Part shown: positions 19,464 to 29,688 of the stretch, piece after piece
Layout of the letters: each line of letters begins with the position of its first letter
Position numbering within the stretch: position 1 is the first letter of the stretch
Virus record (IMG/VR): IMGVR_UViG_3300028840_004776
Length of the DNA: 64,000 nucleotides
Source of the DNA: an uncultured virus (IMG/VR IMGVR_UViG_3300028840_004776)
Lineage: Duplodnaviria > Heunggongvirae > Uroviricota > Caudoviricetes
Direction: 5' to 3' (one strand)
Notes under the pieces: generated by a model
What the model was told of the DNA's origin: nothing
What the model saw: the letters and a program-made list of their open reading frames with translations, nothing else
The model's database searches: none
Program-made: the position numbers and the translations under genes

Positions 19464-20384
19464 TTATAAAAATACTTGTTGTTGAAATGGTGATTTTGGC
19501 AATTTTGTTTCATCAATGAATTCAGCAAGAATAATTTTGAATTTATTTGGTTTGTTTTCTATTTCAAAATATTTTATTTGTTTGATTTTATTGATTATTG
19601 TTTTTATCATAAAATGTTTATTTTTTATTTCATTAATTTGTTTGTGTTCTTTGCACATTTTAATATTTGGTATTTGTTTCAAGAAATCATGTATTTTGTT
19701 TTGCATTTCTTTTATTGCTAATGTTTCTGTTTCGCTTTGTAATAAATTCCATTTTGTATCAGAAGCATAGGTTCCACATTGACATTTGTAAAATTTTATG
19801 TAACCAAATTTTGGTGCTATTCCATTTTTTTTAAATGTAATTTGTTCAAGTAATTTATTTTTATAAATATTGTTGATATATATTAAATTATTTTTACTCA
19901 TTGGAAAATCAAAGTCATTTTCAATCCATTTTATGTTTGTTTCGCTAATATATTCAATGAATGTCATTGCTTCTATGATACTTAATCTATTATTTATAAA
20001 ATAATATTCGTAATCATCTTTTGCATATTCTTCGACTGTTTGTTGTAGTGATATTGGATATTTGTAATTATTTTTATATTTTTTCTTTTTGTTATTTGGT
20101 GTAAATTCAAAAAAATATCCATTTTGACATCCGTTAAATTCTAGTATTTTTTCATTTGGTTTATAATCAAAAATATTGATTATTTTAATATCTTCATAAA
20201 TTGAAGATATAAGTTCTTCTCTTAAAAAGAGACAATTTGGAATTAGTTTGTTTTTTAATACACCAAATTGATTTGCTAACCATTTAAAGTAATCAATTGA
20301 TTTAAATTGATGTGTTATTGATGCAATAAAAAAACTATTTCTTATTGCATTGTTTTCTTTTGGTACAAATCCAATGTTGATCAT
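19464..20384 (-). CDS. hypothetical protein
   Basis: 306-aa very AT-rich ORF in a reverse-oriented island. Confidence 0.7.
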   Translation of the reverse strand: MINIGFVPKENNAIRNSFFIASITHQFKSIDYFKWLANQFGVLKNKLIPNCLFLREELISSIYEDIKIINIFDYKPNEKILEFNGCQNGYFFEFTPNNKKKKYKNNYKYPISLQQTVEEYAKDDYEYYFINNRLSIIEAMTFIEYISETNIKWIENDFDFPMSKNNLIYINNIYKNKLLEQITFKKNGIAPKFGYIKFYKCQCGTYASDTKWNLLQSETETLAIKEMQNKIHDFLKQIPNIKMCKEHKQINEIKNKHFMIKTIINKIKQIKYFEIENKPNKFKIILAEFIDETKLPKSPFQQQVFL

Positions 20385-20489
20385 TTTTGTATCTCTTTTG
20401 AGATTTTTATTGTTGCATAAAAATCAAATAAATCAAGAAAATTGTACTATTTTGATTTTATTGTGGTATATTTAGTAACGGAGATATAA

Positions 20490-20918
20490 ATGATTATAGA
20501 ATCGCCAGGTGATCAAATCAACGATTATATTGATTCAATAACTGATATAGTTATGGAATCATTCAAAAAAAGACCAATGCCGTTTGGGGATATTACTGCT
20601 CAAGCATGCAAAGAACGGGTTGAATATTGCGAAGAATTATTTTTGCATTTTTATAAAGCAGCTAATTATTCAATTGTGCGTGTTCTTGATAACCTTCCAC
20701 GTTGGCTTATCGCGCGTCTTGACGGAGTAACAATTTCTCGTATAGAATCAGAAGAAGTTCGTGAGGATAATGAGTTTCAGAAAATTGATAATGAGATTCA
20801 GTCGACAATTTGGAGTGGTGATTCTAGTAAAAATATAGAACCAGAAAAAAGGTTGTCTGCATTATCTGTTCAGTCAAATAAAACAAATCAATTACCAATG
20901 ATTATTGTTAAAAATTAA
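20490..20918 (+). CDS. hypothetical protein
   Basis: GGAG RBS; preceded by TGTGGTATATT, an extended -10-like element. Confidence 0.7.
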   Translation: MIIESPGDQINDYIDSITDIVMESFKKRPMPFGDITAQACKERVEYCEELFLHFYKAANYSIVRVLDNLPRWLIARLDGVTISRIESEEVREDNEFQKIDNEIQSTIWSGDSSKNIEPEKRLSALSVQSNKTNQLPMIIVKN

Positions 20919-20936
20919 AATAGGAGATAAGTAAAA

Positions 20937-21500
20937 ATGATTTTTGATGTTATTACAAAAAGTGATTTAGAAACAATCGAGGTATCTGCTGTTGATTTTC
21001 TAAAAACAATCAATTCAGCAGTAACAAGTGCTGTAAATAAAAGCACAAAAAAAGACAAAGCAACAAATATAACAAAAGAATTAATTGCTTTGTCGAAATT
21101 TGTTTTAGATAACATTCAAAAAAGTGATGAATCAGAATTTGACAAAGTTTCTGTTCCAAAAGAACTTTTTTCAGAGATTCAATCAAAAATAACTGGACAA
21201 AAATCAATTGAGTCATTTAGTGATCGTGTTTCTGAATTGGTTGAAAAAATTAAAAATGAACCAACCAAAGAAGAACCGATTACCAAAGAAGAACCGGTTA
21301 CCAAAGAAGAACCGGTTACCAAAGAAGAACCGGTTACCAAAGAAGAACCGGTTACCAAAGAAGAACCGGTTACCAAAGAAGAACCGGTTACCAAAGAAGA
21401 ACCGGTTACCAAAGAAGATGTGATTAAATCTGGTGATTTGGACGAAGAAGAGTTTGATGATTGGTTTGATAGTGACGAAAACAATGCTCCGACTATTTAA
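20937..21500 (+). CDS. acidic protein with TKEEPV repeats, head module
   Basis: AGGAG RBS; acidic C-terminus. Confidence 0.75.
   Translation: MIFDVITKSDLETIEVSAVDFLKTINSAVTSAVNKSTKKDKATNITKELIALSKFVLDNIQKSDESEFDKVSVPKELFSEIQSKITGQKSIESFSDRVSELVEKIKNEPTKEEPITKEEPVTKEEPVTKEEPVTKEEPVTKEEPVTKEEPVTKEEPVTKEDVIKSGDLDEEEFDDWFDSDENNAPTI
21264..21416 (+). repeat. 18-bp coding tandem repeat ACCAAAGAAGAACCGGTT, 8.5 copies
   Basis: Encodes TKEEP(I/V) x8. Confidence 0.95.
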
Positions 21501-21514
21501 TAATTAAATAATAT

Positions 21515-21553
21515 AACACATGGTTTGAATTGATAAAATTCAAACCATGTGTT
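21515..21553. terminator. perfect 17-bp inverted repeat
   Basis: AACACATGGTTTGAATT-GATAA-AATTCAAACCATGTGTT, intergenic before the protease gene. Confidence 0.6.
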
Positions 21554-21574
21554 CTTAATAAAAAGGAGCATAAA

Positions 21575-22552
21575 ATGTCTATAAAAATTGATGAATTTAA
21601 TAATATTATGTCATATGTATTTGGACAAGATATTATTAAAACAAGAAAAATTGAATCAATCAGTAAAAACAATCAACAATGTACATCTGTTGAATGCAAA
21701 AAACAAGCAGATTTTTTGGTTACTTCACCAAATAAGGCTTATTTTTTATGCGAAAATCATTTTGAACAAATTACAAAAAGCATTAAAGAATCAGAAATAT
21801 TCAAAGTACAATGGACACGTGCATATATAAATGATTTGCCTGATAGTGCGTTTCTTTATATTGAACCAGGCGGCGAAAAAGACGAAGAAAATAAGACAAA
21901 ACCTAGGCGATTGAGACATTGGCCAATTCGTGATATCAAAGGAAAGTTAGATATCAATCACATTAGGAATGCAATTGCCAGAATTCCGCAAACAAAAATA
22001 TTAAATATGTCCGCTGATGAGTTACAAAAATATCAAGACAAAGCGCGTGTTTTGCTCGAAGAAATAAAAGAAAATAATTCAATCAAAAAAAGAGATGAAG
22101 AAATATCAATATATGGAAAAAATGTTGTTGATATTGTTGATAAAATTCAAAATATAAATATTTGCAAATCGACAACAAATACAGAAGAAGAGCATTTTGT
22201 TCTTGGAATAGTGCTTGTGCCGAATGATGGTGATGGTTGCAAGTTAGACCCAGATACGCAAAATGACATATATTCAGCGCAGGATATTGAAAAAGCAGCG
22301 CATTTGTATATGATTCGATACAGAGATGTTTTTTATAAACATGATGAATTAATAAAAAATGGTGTTTATTTAGTTGAAAATTTCATTGCACCTGTTGATA
22401 TGGAAATAAACAATAGATCAATAATAAAAGGTACTTGGCTTGCTGGTTTCAAAATTACAGATAAAAAAATATGGAAAGAAATTGAAACTGGAAAGCTCAA
22501 CGCTTTAAGTGTTGGTGGAGATGGAACGCGAATATTAGAAAATGCTGCATAA
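21575..22552 (+). CDS. prohead protease (XkdF-like C-terminal domain) with N-terminal accessory domains
   Basis: EEEHFVLGIVLVP, DTQNDIYSAQDIEKAAH, KGTWL, IWKEIETGKLNALSVGG; AAGGAG RBS before ATG 21575. Confidence 0.82.
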   Translation: MSIKIDEFNNIMSYVFGQDIIKTRKIESISKNNQQCTSVECKKQADFLVTSPNKAYFLCENHFEQITKSIKESEIFKVQWTRAYINDLPDSAFLYIEPGGEKDEENKTKPRRLRHWPIRDIKGKLDINHIRNAIARIPQTKILNMSADELQKYQDKARVLLEEIKENNSIKKRDEEISIYGKNVVDIVDKIQNINICKSTTNTEEEHFVLGIVLVPNDGDGCKLDPDTQNDIYSAQDIEKAAHLYMIRYRDVFYKHDELIKNGVYLVENFIAPVDMEINNRSIIKGTWLAGFKITDKKIWKEIETGKLNALSVGGDGTRILENAA

Positions 22553-22613
22553 ATTGTTGTTTTTTTAGATAAAATGTGCTAAATATATAATAATATTGTA
22601 AAGTGTTGAAAAT

Positions 22614-23384
22614 ATGACTATTTCAAAAGAACTCATAACAAGATTGACCGAAATTATTGCGAAAGAGCTTTCATTTGTCCCCCGTGGGGCAAATAAACAA
22701 AATTTTGTGATAAAAAAAGAAGATATTAAATCACTTGAAGATATCATTGAAAATACACTAAATACACAAAATACACAAAACATTAATAATAACATTAAAA
22801 AAGCAACAAAAAACGAAATTGTACAAATGATTATGTCCATTTTGTCTCAAGTAAGACCGGAAGATACAATTTATAATAAGTTGTTGCAATTAAAAAATGT
22901 TATGATACAGGGCAATGATCAACAGCCCGAAAACAATAATGATCTTCAAAAAAGTAATTCGGAAAATATTTTGACTAACAAAAATAATCCGAACAACAAT
23001 GGGGACAATATGGATTGTAAAGTTTCAAAGCAAGAATTGATTAAAGGATTGAATTATTTTATTGAATCATTTGATGGAAGTTTTTCAAATGAAGAAATTG
23101 CAAAAACACAATTTTCAATAAAAAATAATTCATTGCCAAAAAAAGAAGATCCACTTAAAAAAGAAAATAAAATTCTTAAAAAAGAAGTGGAAGATCAGAA
23201 AAAACAATCTCTGATTTTAGAAGAAAAAATCAAAAAATTAGAGGAAAAAGTTTCTGATCACAATCGATCGGTTAACAAATCAAATGTTCACAATGTTGAC
23301 GAAATCAGTGATTCAAGTAGCGAAAAAGACAATGAATGTTTTTTTGGTGATTTAAATACTGATGATGAAGAAAATGATTGGTAA
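22614..23384 (+). CDS. probable scaffold protein
   Basis: N-terminal ELSFVPRGAN protease-like segment, coiled coil and acidic tail; lies directly before the capsid gene. Confidence 0.6.
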   Translation: MTISKELITRLTEIIAKELSFVPRGANKQNFVIKKEDIKSLEDIIENTLNTQNTQNINNNIKKATKNEIVQMIMSILSQVRPEDTIYNKLLQLKNVMIQGNDQQPENNNDLQKSNSENILTNKNNPNNNGDNMDCKVSKQELIKGLNYFIESFDGSFSNEEIAKTQFSIKNNSLPKKEDPLKKENKILKKEVEDQKKQSLILEEKIKKLEEKVSDHNRSVNKSNVHNVDEISDSSSEKDNECFFGDLNTDDEENDW

Positions 23385-23450
23385 TTATTGCAAACTATCC
23401 GGTTTGTAAGTGAAAACAATTATTTTTTTATTAATGAAGGAATTTGTTAA

Positions 23451-24389
23451 ATGAAATCAACTAAATCTTTCTTAAGAAAAGAAGATATAACCGTAAATGA
23501 TTTAGTTACTTCCGGCGGGTATCTACCGGCAAGTACGGCGAAAAAGTTTATCAAAAGACTTATCAGAAAAAGCAAATTGACAAAAATGATGTATGTCGAG
23601 ATGCTTTCTTCGCACACACAAAGTTTGCCAAATATTGCATTCGATGATGACATCCTTCAAGTTGGTGTTAGCGGGCAAGCTCTTTCAGAAAATGAAAGAT
23701 CAAAGCCCTCAATTGGGAATGAAACTTGGACAACTCAATTGTGGAAGGGTGAAGTACGTATTCCATACGAAGTTCTTGAAGACAATGTTGAAGGACAAAA
23801 ATTTAAAAATACAATCTTAAATGAAGCAATAAAACGTATTGGTCCAAATATTGAAAAAATTGTTATTAGATCAGACACAACAAGTGGAGCAACACCAGCA
23901 TTGCAATTGATTGATGGAATTGTTTCACAAGCAACTTCAAACGTCGTAAATGCATCACAGTCAAGATTGACTCCGGATGTATTACGAAATCTCATTCGTG
24001 CACTTCCAAAACAATACCTTGACGACAAAGCAAATTTAAAATTGCTTACATCGATCAATGCCGAAGATGATTTCCGTGATATTGCTGCTGCCCGCGTTGG
24101 AACAGAAGGTGATAAACAATTTAAAAATGCTGACAGAGTATTTTTCAAAGGAATTGAAATTGTTCCAATTCCATTATTCCCAGAAGACCTTGGGGCCGGA
24201 ACAAATGAAACAGTTTGTATTTTAACAAATCCAAAGAATATTGGTATGGGTTGGTGGAGAAAACTTAAAGTACGTCAATACACCGATGAAAGTGCTGATT
24301 CATTGGTAACTGTTTTCTCATTGAGGTTTGATGCAAGATATCTTGTTGAAGATGCGGTTTCCATGTCAGATGAAATCGTTAATTCATAA
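23451..24389 (+). CDS. major capsid protein (HK97 fold)
   Basis: GGYLP...FI, IPYEVLEDNVEG, DGIV, LRFDA; 312 aa, after protease and scaffold. Confidence 0.9.
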   Translation: MKSTKSFLRKEDITVNDLVTSGGYLPASTAKKFIKRLIRKSKLTKMMYVEMLSSHTQSLPNIAFDDDILQVGVSGQALSENERSKPSIGNETWTTQLWKGEVRIPYEVLEDNVEGQKFKNTILNEAIKRIGPNIEKIVIRSDTTSGATPALQLIDGIVSQATSNVVNASQSRLTPDVLRNLIRALPKQYLDDKANLKLLTSINAEDDFRDIAAARVGTEGDKQFKNADRVFFKGIEIVPIPLFPEDLGAGTNETVCILTNPKNIGMGWWRKLKVRQYTDESADSLVTVFSLRFDARYLVEDAVSMSDEIVNS

Positions 24390-24422
24390 AGGTAAAATAA
24401 CAAATAATAACGGAGTTATATA

Positions 24423-24746
24423 ATGGCACTTGGAGAAGCAACTGTTACAAACTTAGGCGGACAACCATCTGCACCAATATTTGCGGCGAGACTTCAATTC
24501 GCTGGTGATTCAACATACATTCAAGCAAATGGAACAGCGGATTTTGATGAATATGTTGCGGAAGCGGTTGGAAAACCATCTGTAAATATAATCGAAGTAA
24601 TTCCCGGTGATTGTGGTGTATATATTCCGCAATATGATCATGCAAATGGAGTATTGCATATTCGTGATATGTCTTCAGCCGGTGCGCGCGCCGGCGATGG
24701 TGATTATAACGGAACAACGATGAATTTAACAGTATTATATCAGTAA
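24423..24746 (+). CDS. probable capsid decoration protein
   Basis: Small beta-rich ORF immediately after the capsid gene; FAGDSTY..NG motif. Confidence 0.55.
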   Translation: MALGEATVTNLGGQPSAPIFAARLQFAGDSTYIQANGTADFDEYVAEAVGKPSVNIIEVIPGDCGVYIPQYDHANGVLHIRDMSSAGARAGDGDYNGTTMNLTVLYQ

Positions 24747-24781
24747 TAACAGTTTATAAACAATAAATAAAAGGCCAAGAC

Positions 24782-25369
24782 ATGACCAAGAATCCTTTTT
24801 ATTACGCACGAATAGTGCCACGCGAATCCGGTGGACATAACCGAAAAAGAGTAAGATTAAGAGATCCAGAAACGGATAAATGGCATCAATTTGTTGCACA
24901 CGAAAATGACAAAGAAGCCGGCCCGTGGTATAAAGTTTCATTTAACTTAGCAAAAATATTGTCTAAAAACAAAGAAAATTGTTTTGCTGGAAAATCACCA
25001 CAAATCTTTCAAGTCGTAACAGAAGATAGAGCCATAGAACTTGACAGAATAAAACAAGAAAGAATCAAAAAACAAACATCAATAATGAATCCAACAGTAG
25101 AATCTGCAATTGATACAACATCGAATGATTTATCAACAAATGATTTAAATGAAGCACGTGAAAAATCATTCAAAAAACGAGGATTGGATAAAAATGGAAA
25201 ACCATTAAAAATTGCAAATTTTGATGACGACGATGATGAAGATTGTATTGGTGTTGATACTGAATTCAATAGTGATTTTGGACCATTTGATATATTACCA
25301 ACTAAATCAGACAAAAAAACAACAAGGAAACCAGCAAGAAAAAAACGCAAAACAAAAGATCAAAAGTGA
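24782..25369 (+). CDS. hypothetical protein
   Basis: Operon-packed ORF. Confidence 0.7.
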   Translation: MTKNPFYYARIVPRESGGHNRKRVRLRDPETDKWHQFVAHENDKEAGPWYKVSFNLAKILSKNKENCFAGKSPQIFQVVTEDRAIELDRIKQERIKKQTSIMNPTVESAIDTTSNDLSTNDLNEAREKSFKKRGLDKNGKPLKIANFDDDDDEDCIGVDTEFNSDFGPFDILPTKSDKKTTRKPARKKRKTKDQK

Positions 25370-25875
25370 CAACAAAAAAACAAATATATTTCAACAACGT
25401 ATGGAATACAACTGATTTTTCTATTGCGGCATATGTTTTGATGCGTGAAATATCAAAGCAATATGAAATAAAATTATTATCAATAAATAAAAACAAAAAG
25501 CAAGCTGGAAACATATTCAATATTTTAGACCCAAATAATAAATGCAATTCTTTAGCAATAGATTTTTATAATTCGAAATTATGTATATTTGATCAGCTAA
25601 CACGAATGATAAAAAAAGTTTGTTTTTCTTCAGATATAAAAGAATACGGTATACTTAATGGATATAAAACAAACTCATTTCCATTTGCAGCGTTTTTAAG
25701 AATGAATAATTTTGAATTAGTTGGATTCAGAAAAATATATAACGACAGAAAGATGTATGAATTGTTTTTTGACGACAAAGAAAAACAATGCAAAAAATTA
25801 CTTATTGATTTTAATAATTCAAACGAATTGAATTATGATAACTCCAGAAGAAGTTTAAGACAAATTTGTTCATAG
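25366..25875 (+). CDS. tandem DUF5659-like domain protein
   Basis: Two repeats of T.DF..AA(Y/F)L....L.......F.F....C..L..DF.NS. Confidence 0.55.
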   Translation: MTTKKQIYFNNVWNTTDFSIAAYVLMREISKQYEIKLLSINKNKKQAGNIFNILDPNNKCNSLAIDFYNSKLCIFDQLTRMIKKVCFSSDIKEYGILNGYKTNSFPFAAFLRMNNFELVGFRKIYNDRKMYELFFDDKEKQCKKLLIDFNNSNELNYDNSRRSLRQICS

Positions 25876-25879
25876 GTAA

Positions 25880-28132
25880 ATGACAATAAATAGACCATAT
25901 CCGGATCGAGTAAAACCACAGATTCCATTGGATGAAGACCTTGATCCACTGGATTCAGATTCAGAAGATATAGATTCAAGTTCTGTAGGAAAGCAATTAT
26001 CATATTTTGCCGCAATGTTCAAACAAATTGGTGGTGGACCACATTGGAATTCTAGTCTTGGAACAAATATTTTATTACTTAAGTCATCAATAGAACAACG
26101 AACAATTGGACCAAATACCTCAACAGATAATGCCATTTCAAGATTTCACGGAACAACAGGAAAACAATTACAAGATTCAAATGTTATAATTGATGATGAT
26201 GGAAATATAACAACATCCGGAACGATAAACAGTAGAAATATTTCAGATGATGGTGCAAATTTAGACTCACACATTCATGATCTAACAAATCCGCACGATA
26301 CAAGTTTATCAAATATTAATTCAGGAACGCTTGCAGATTTAAACTCTGCAATAATTGATGCAACAATAGATTCCAATACTGATCAACGACCGCCAACAAC
26401 CCATGGGGTTTCACATACATATAACCAATCTGATCAAATAACAGTTAATTCTATGACTTCTTCACCACTTTCTGAAGGAGAATTCTTAGAAGCCGACGGA
26501 GCAAATAGATGGAACCGGAAAATTGCATTCCTTGCAGATGGATCAAGGAAAGCATCTGATGATTTTGATTTAAACAATAAAAAAATCACTAATTTAGCAT
26601 TACCGGATTCCGGAACAGATGCGGTAAATAGAGATTACGTTTTTTCACAAATAAACAATTTAGAACCCGGTGCTGGATTAACAAAAACAGGGTCTAGATT
26701 TGACATTGGTGAAAATGCAGATGGTTCAATAACAATCAATGAAGATGATATACAAGTTGGTCAATTAGCAAATGATGCACAACATGGAAGTTTGGGCAGA
26801 GGAAATTTACATCAAATAGCAACACAAACCGAATCTGGATTTATGGCTGCTATTGATAAAACAAAATTAGATAATAGCGGACAATTATCCAATAATACAC
26901 CCACAAATATTTCAGTAAATTCTTCAATTTCCGGAGTATCAACGGAATCATCTAGATCTGATCATCAACATTTGGCTATAACGGATACACCAACAAACAT
27001 TGGAACAACGAATCAAACAGGAACAGCAAATTCATTTTCTAGATCAGATCATCAACATAACCATGGAGCTCAAACGGACGACACACAGCATGCGATAGCT
27101 ACAGCAATATCCCATGGGTTTATGTCGTTTGCTGATAAATCGAAACTAGATGGAATTGCACCGGGTTCCGGTAATCAATTATCGGATCTTGATCCAGTCG
27201 ATGTTGATGCTGGTGTTGCTAGCGCTGGTACGTCTCTAGAAGCATCAAGACAAGACCATAAGCATAGTGTGTCCGTCGCTGATCCGGTGCCGTTAGGAGA
27301 TAGTATAGCCCAAGGATCGGCAGATTCATTGACTCGGTCCGATCATATTCACACTCATGGGGATAGACCCGGTGGATCTTTGCATGCTGTAGTTACGCCA
27401 TCAATCAATGGGTTTATGTCGTTTGCTGATAAATCGAAATTGGATGGAATAGATGCGAATGCCAGGGCTCTAACAGATGATCCTCCGGTCAATGTTACAA
27501 AACTAGCGGCGCAAGTTGGTGGCGATACAAAGGCAGCTAGGGCCGACCATAAGCATGATATATTAACAACAAATGTATTGTCAGTACATACATCAAATCA
27601 AGAGGGGGAGTCCGCGGCGCTTTCAAGAGCCGATCATCGGCACAAACACGGAGAACATTCTGATCCATTAAATCATGCTGTTGTTACGACATTGCAAAAT
27701 GGATTTATGATTGCAACTGATAAAGTTCTTCTTGATAAATTAGCTTCTTTTTCATTCATTGTTGAAGCTAATTGTTTAGCAGGGGATTCTATTGGTGATA
27801 TTGTTTGTGTTCGTGGTGATATTGTTTCCGGTAAGTACCAAGTAGAAAAAAGTGATATTTCTGATTTATCAAAAATACCAGGATTTGCAGTTATTGTTTC
27901 AAAATCAGGAATAGATTGTGAAATACAATTATTTGGATTAATAACTGGCATATATACTGGTTTATCTTATGGACAATTATATTGGGTTGGATTAAATGGT
28001 AGGCCAGAAACTCCAAGACCTATTCCATCTCCAGATCCAATAGTTACTCAACCTATTGGGATGGCATTGTCTGATGATGTTTTATTTTTCTCACCAATGT
28101 TCTTTGTCGGCACAAAAAGAATAGCTTCTTAA
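25880..28132 (+). CDS. fibre protein with His-rich repeats (head or collar fibre)
   Basis: KITNLA.P..GTDAVN..YV, repeated (S/A)RxDHxH and GFM...DK.KLD modules, cement-like C-terminal domain. Confidence 0.75.
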   Translation: MTINRPYPDRVKPQIPLDEDLDPLDSDSEDIDSSSVGKQLSYFAAMFKQIGGGPHWNSSLGTNILLLKSSIEQRTIGPNTSTDNAISRFHGTTGKQLQDSNVIIDDDGNITTSGTINSRNISDDGANLDSHIHDLTNPHDTSLSNINSGTLADLNSAIIDATIDSNTDQRPPTTHGVSHTYNQSDQITVNSMTSSPLSEGEFLEADGANRWNRKIAFLADGSRKASDDFDLNNKKITNLALPDSGTDAVNRDYVFSQINNLEPGAGLTKTGSRFDIGENADGSITINEDDIQVGQLANDAQHGSLGRGNLHQIATQTESGFMAAIDKTKLDNSGQLSNNTPTNISVNSSISGVSTESSRSDHQHLAITDTPTNIGTTNQTGTANSFSRSDHQHNHGAQTDDTQHAIATAISHGFMSFADKSKLDGIAPGSGNQLSDLDPVDVDAGVASAGTSLEASRQDHKHSVSVADPVPLGDSIAQGSADSLTRSDHIHTHGDRPGGSLHAVVTPSINGFMSFADKSKLDGIDANARALTDDPPVNVTKLAAQVGGDTKAARADHKHDILTTNVLSVHTSNQEGESAALSRADHRHKHGEHSDPLNHAVVTTLQNGFMIATDKVLLDKLASFSFIVEANCLAGDSIGDIVCVRGDIVSGKYQVEKSDISDLSKIPGFAVIVSKSGIDCEIQLFGLITGIYTGLSYGQLYWVGLNGRPETPRPIPSPDPIVTQPIGMALSDDVLFFSPMFFVGTKRIAS

Positions 28133-28151
28133 AACAAAAAAGGATAAAAAA

Positions 28152-28433
28152 ATGGATACTAATAAATCGTACAAAAAACATATATATAGGTTATTTAAGA
28201 TAAGACTAAGTAAAATAATTAAAAAAAGAAAAAATGGTGAAAAGAATAATACTTGGAATATAAGCATAGAAACTCCATTTTATAATTTTGAAGGTAAAAA
28301 AATAATTACAAAACTTGAAATACCAGATAATATTATTGAAAAAATGCAAAATAATAAAGAAGAAATTTCGTTAATAGCACAATCGCTTACAAAAAGAACA
28401 ATCAATGATTACATAAAAAGAATACAAAGATAA
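28152..28433 (+). CDS. hypothetical protein
   Basis: AAGGA RBS. Confidence 0.6.
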   Translation: MDTNKSYKKHIYRLFKIRLSKIIKKRKNGEKNNTWNISIETPFYNFEGKKIITKLEIPDNIIEKMQNNKEEISLIAQSLTKRTINDYIKRIQR

Positions 28434-28452
28434 ATAAATAAAGGAGTGAAAA

Positions 28453-29562
28453 ATGAGTAACAAAAAAGAACAAGAACAAAAACGACAAAAAATGGATAAA
28501 ATTAAAAGATTTATAAATCATAATTGTATGTATTGTAATTGTTATAATAAATGCATAGAAGATGATAATGACATCAAAGGATTTGAATTAAGTTCATCAA
28601 ATCCTTGTAGTTTGTTTATTCCAGCTAAAGATGAATATGATAAAGCATTTGATCTTGATTTTATTTATTCAGCCAGAGAAAAAATTAAAAATAAAATAAA
28701 TAAGATAAAAAAACAAGAACAAGAACAAAAAGAACAAGAACAAGAACAAAAAGAACAAGAACAAAAAGAACAAGAACAAGAGCAGCAAGAGCAAGAACAA
28801 AAAAATAGAATTGAGTATTTTATCAACGATAAAAGATGCGGCGGGTTGATATTAGATAAAAATCAAACTATCGCAACTTTTGAACAAAGTTACATAGATA
28901 ACATAATAACACATAGTGAATATATGAGTGAAGTTGATAAAATTCATAAATGTGTTAATGAAGATATAGAAGAATCTGGAATATGTTTTAAAAGTGATAA
29001 ACCTGGAATAATATGTAAAGAAGAAAGAGAATTAAGGAATAAATTAGAATATTTTTACAGATTATATTCAGTTGATGCCATTGAATCAGTAAAATCAAAC
29101 AAAAAAATTACGTCACCAAAAGAATTTATTGATACATTAAAAAATAAATTAACAATTAATGAATTACCAATATCATTACTAAAACCATCTGATAATCCAA
29201 TGCAAGCATGGATTGATCACGATGGAAGAATTTATCTTTCTAAATATGATTTATTATTATTAGAAAGTTATAGACTCAAACTTAATGACATCAGGAATAA
29301 AGCAAAAATAATTAGATTAACTGCACAGCTTGAATCATCAAAATCTCAAATTTTATTATTGAATGCATCTATAAACCAAACAAATAATGAAAAAAATCAA
29401 TCTAAAAAGTTTCTTGAATCTGATAAAATACTAAAAAACATTCAAAGTGATAAAGAAAAAAGCGCAAAAATAACACATGATATCGCAGATAGATATGATA
29501 TTAAATATGAATATATTTATGACTCTGATACAGGTGAAATCAAACCAAAATCAGAAGAATAA
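28453..29562 (+). CDS. hypothetical protein with Cys cluster, QE repeat and coiled coil
   Basis: CMYCNCYNKC; CAAGAA-based repeat at about 28711-28802; AAGGAG RBS. Confidence 0.7.
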   Translation: MSNKKEQEQKRQKMDKIKRFINHNCMYCNCYNKCIEDDNDIKGFELSSSNPCSLFIPAKDEYDKAFDLDFIYSAREKIKNKINKIKKQEQEQKEQEQEQKEQEQKEQEQEQQEQEQKNRIEYFINDKRCGGLILDKNQTIATFEQSYIDNIITHSEYMSEVDKIHKCVNEDIEESGICFKSDKPGIICKEERELRNKLEYFYRLYSVDAIESVKSNKKITSPKEFIDTLKNKLTINELPISLLKPSDNPMQAWIDHDGRIYLSKYDLLLLESYRLKLNDIRNKAKIIRLTAQLESSKSQILLLNASINQTNNEKNQSKKFLESDKILKNIQSDKEKSAKITHDIADRYDIKYEYIYDSDTGEIKPKSEE

Positions 29563-29563
29563 C

Positions 29564-29592
29564 TTGCCTATTTGATTATTTGTTGCTATATT
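29564..29592 (+). promoter_or_regulatory. sigma70-like promoter
   Basis: TTGCCT-17 bp-TATATT with TGn extension, intergenic. Confidence 0.55.
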
Positions 29593-29688
29593 GTTTATGT
29601 AATACAAATATTCTTTTAGAATATTTTAAAATATCCGGCCAAGATTCGACCAAGTAATTGAAATAATTTAATAATACGGGGTTTAAAA

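Noticed and set aside
21179..21484. Alternative-frame repeat ORFs (SSLVTG, KKNRLP)
   Set aside because: Products of the stop-free 18-bp repeat in 20937-21500.
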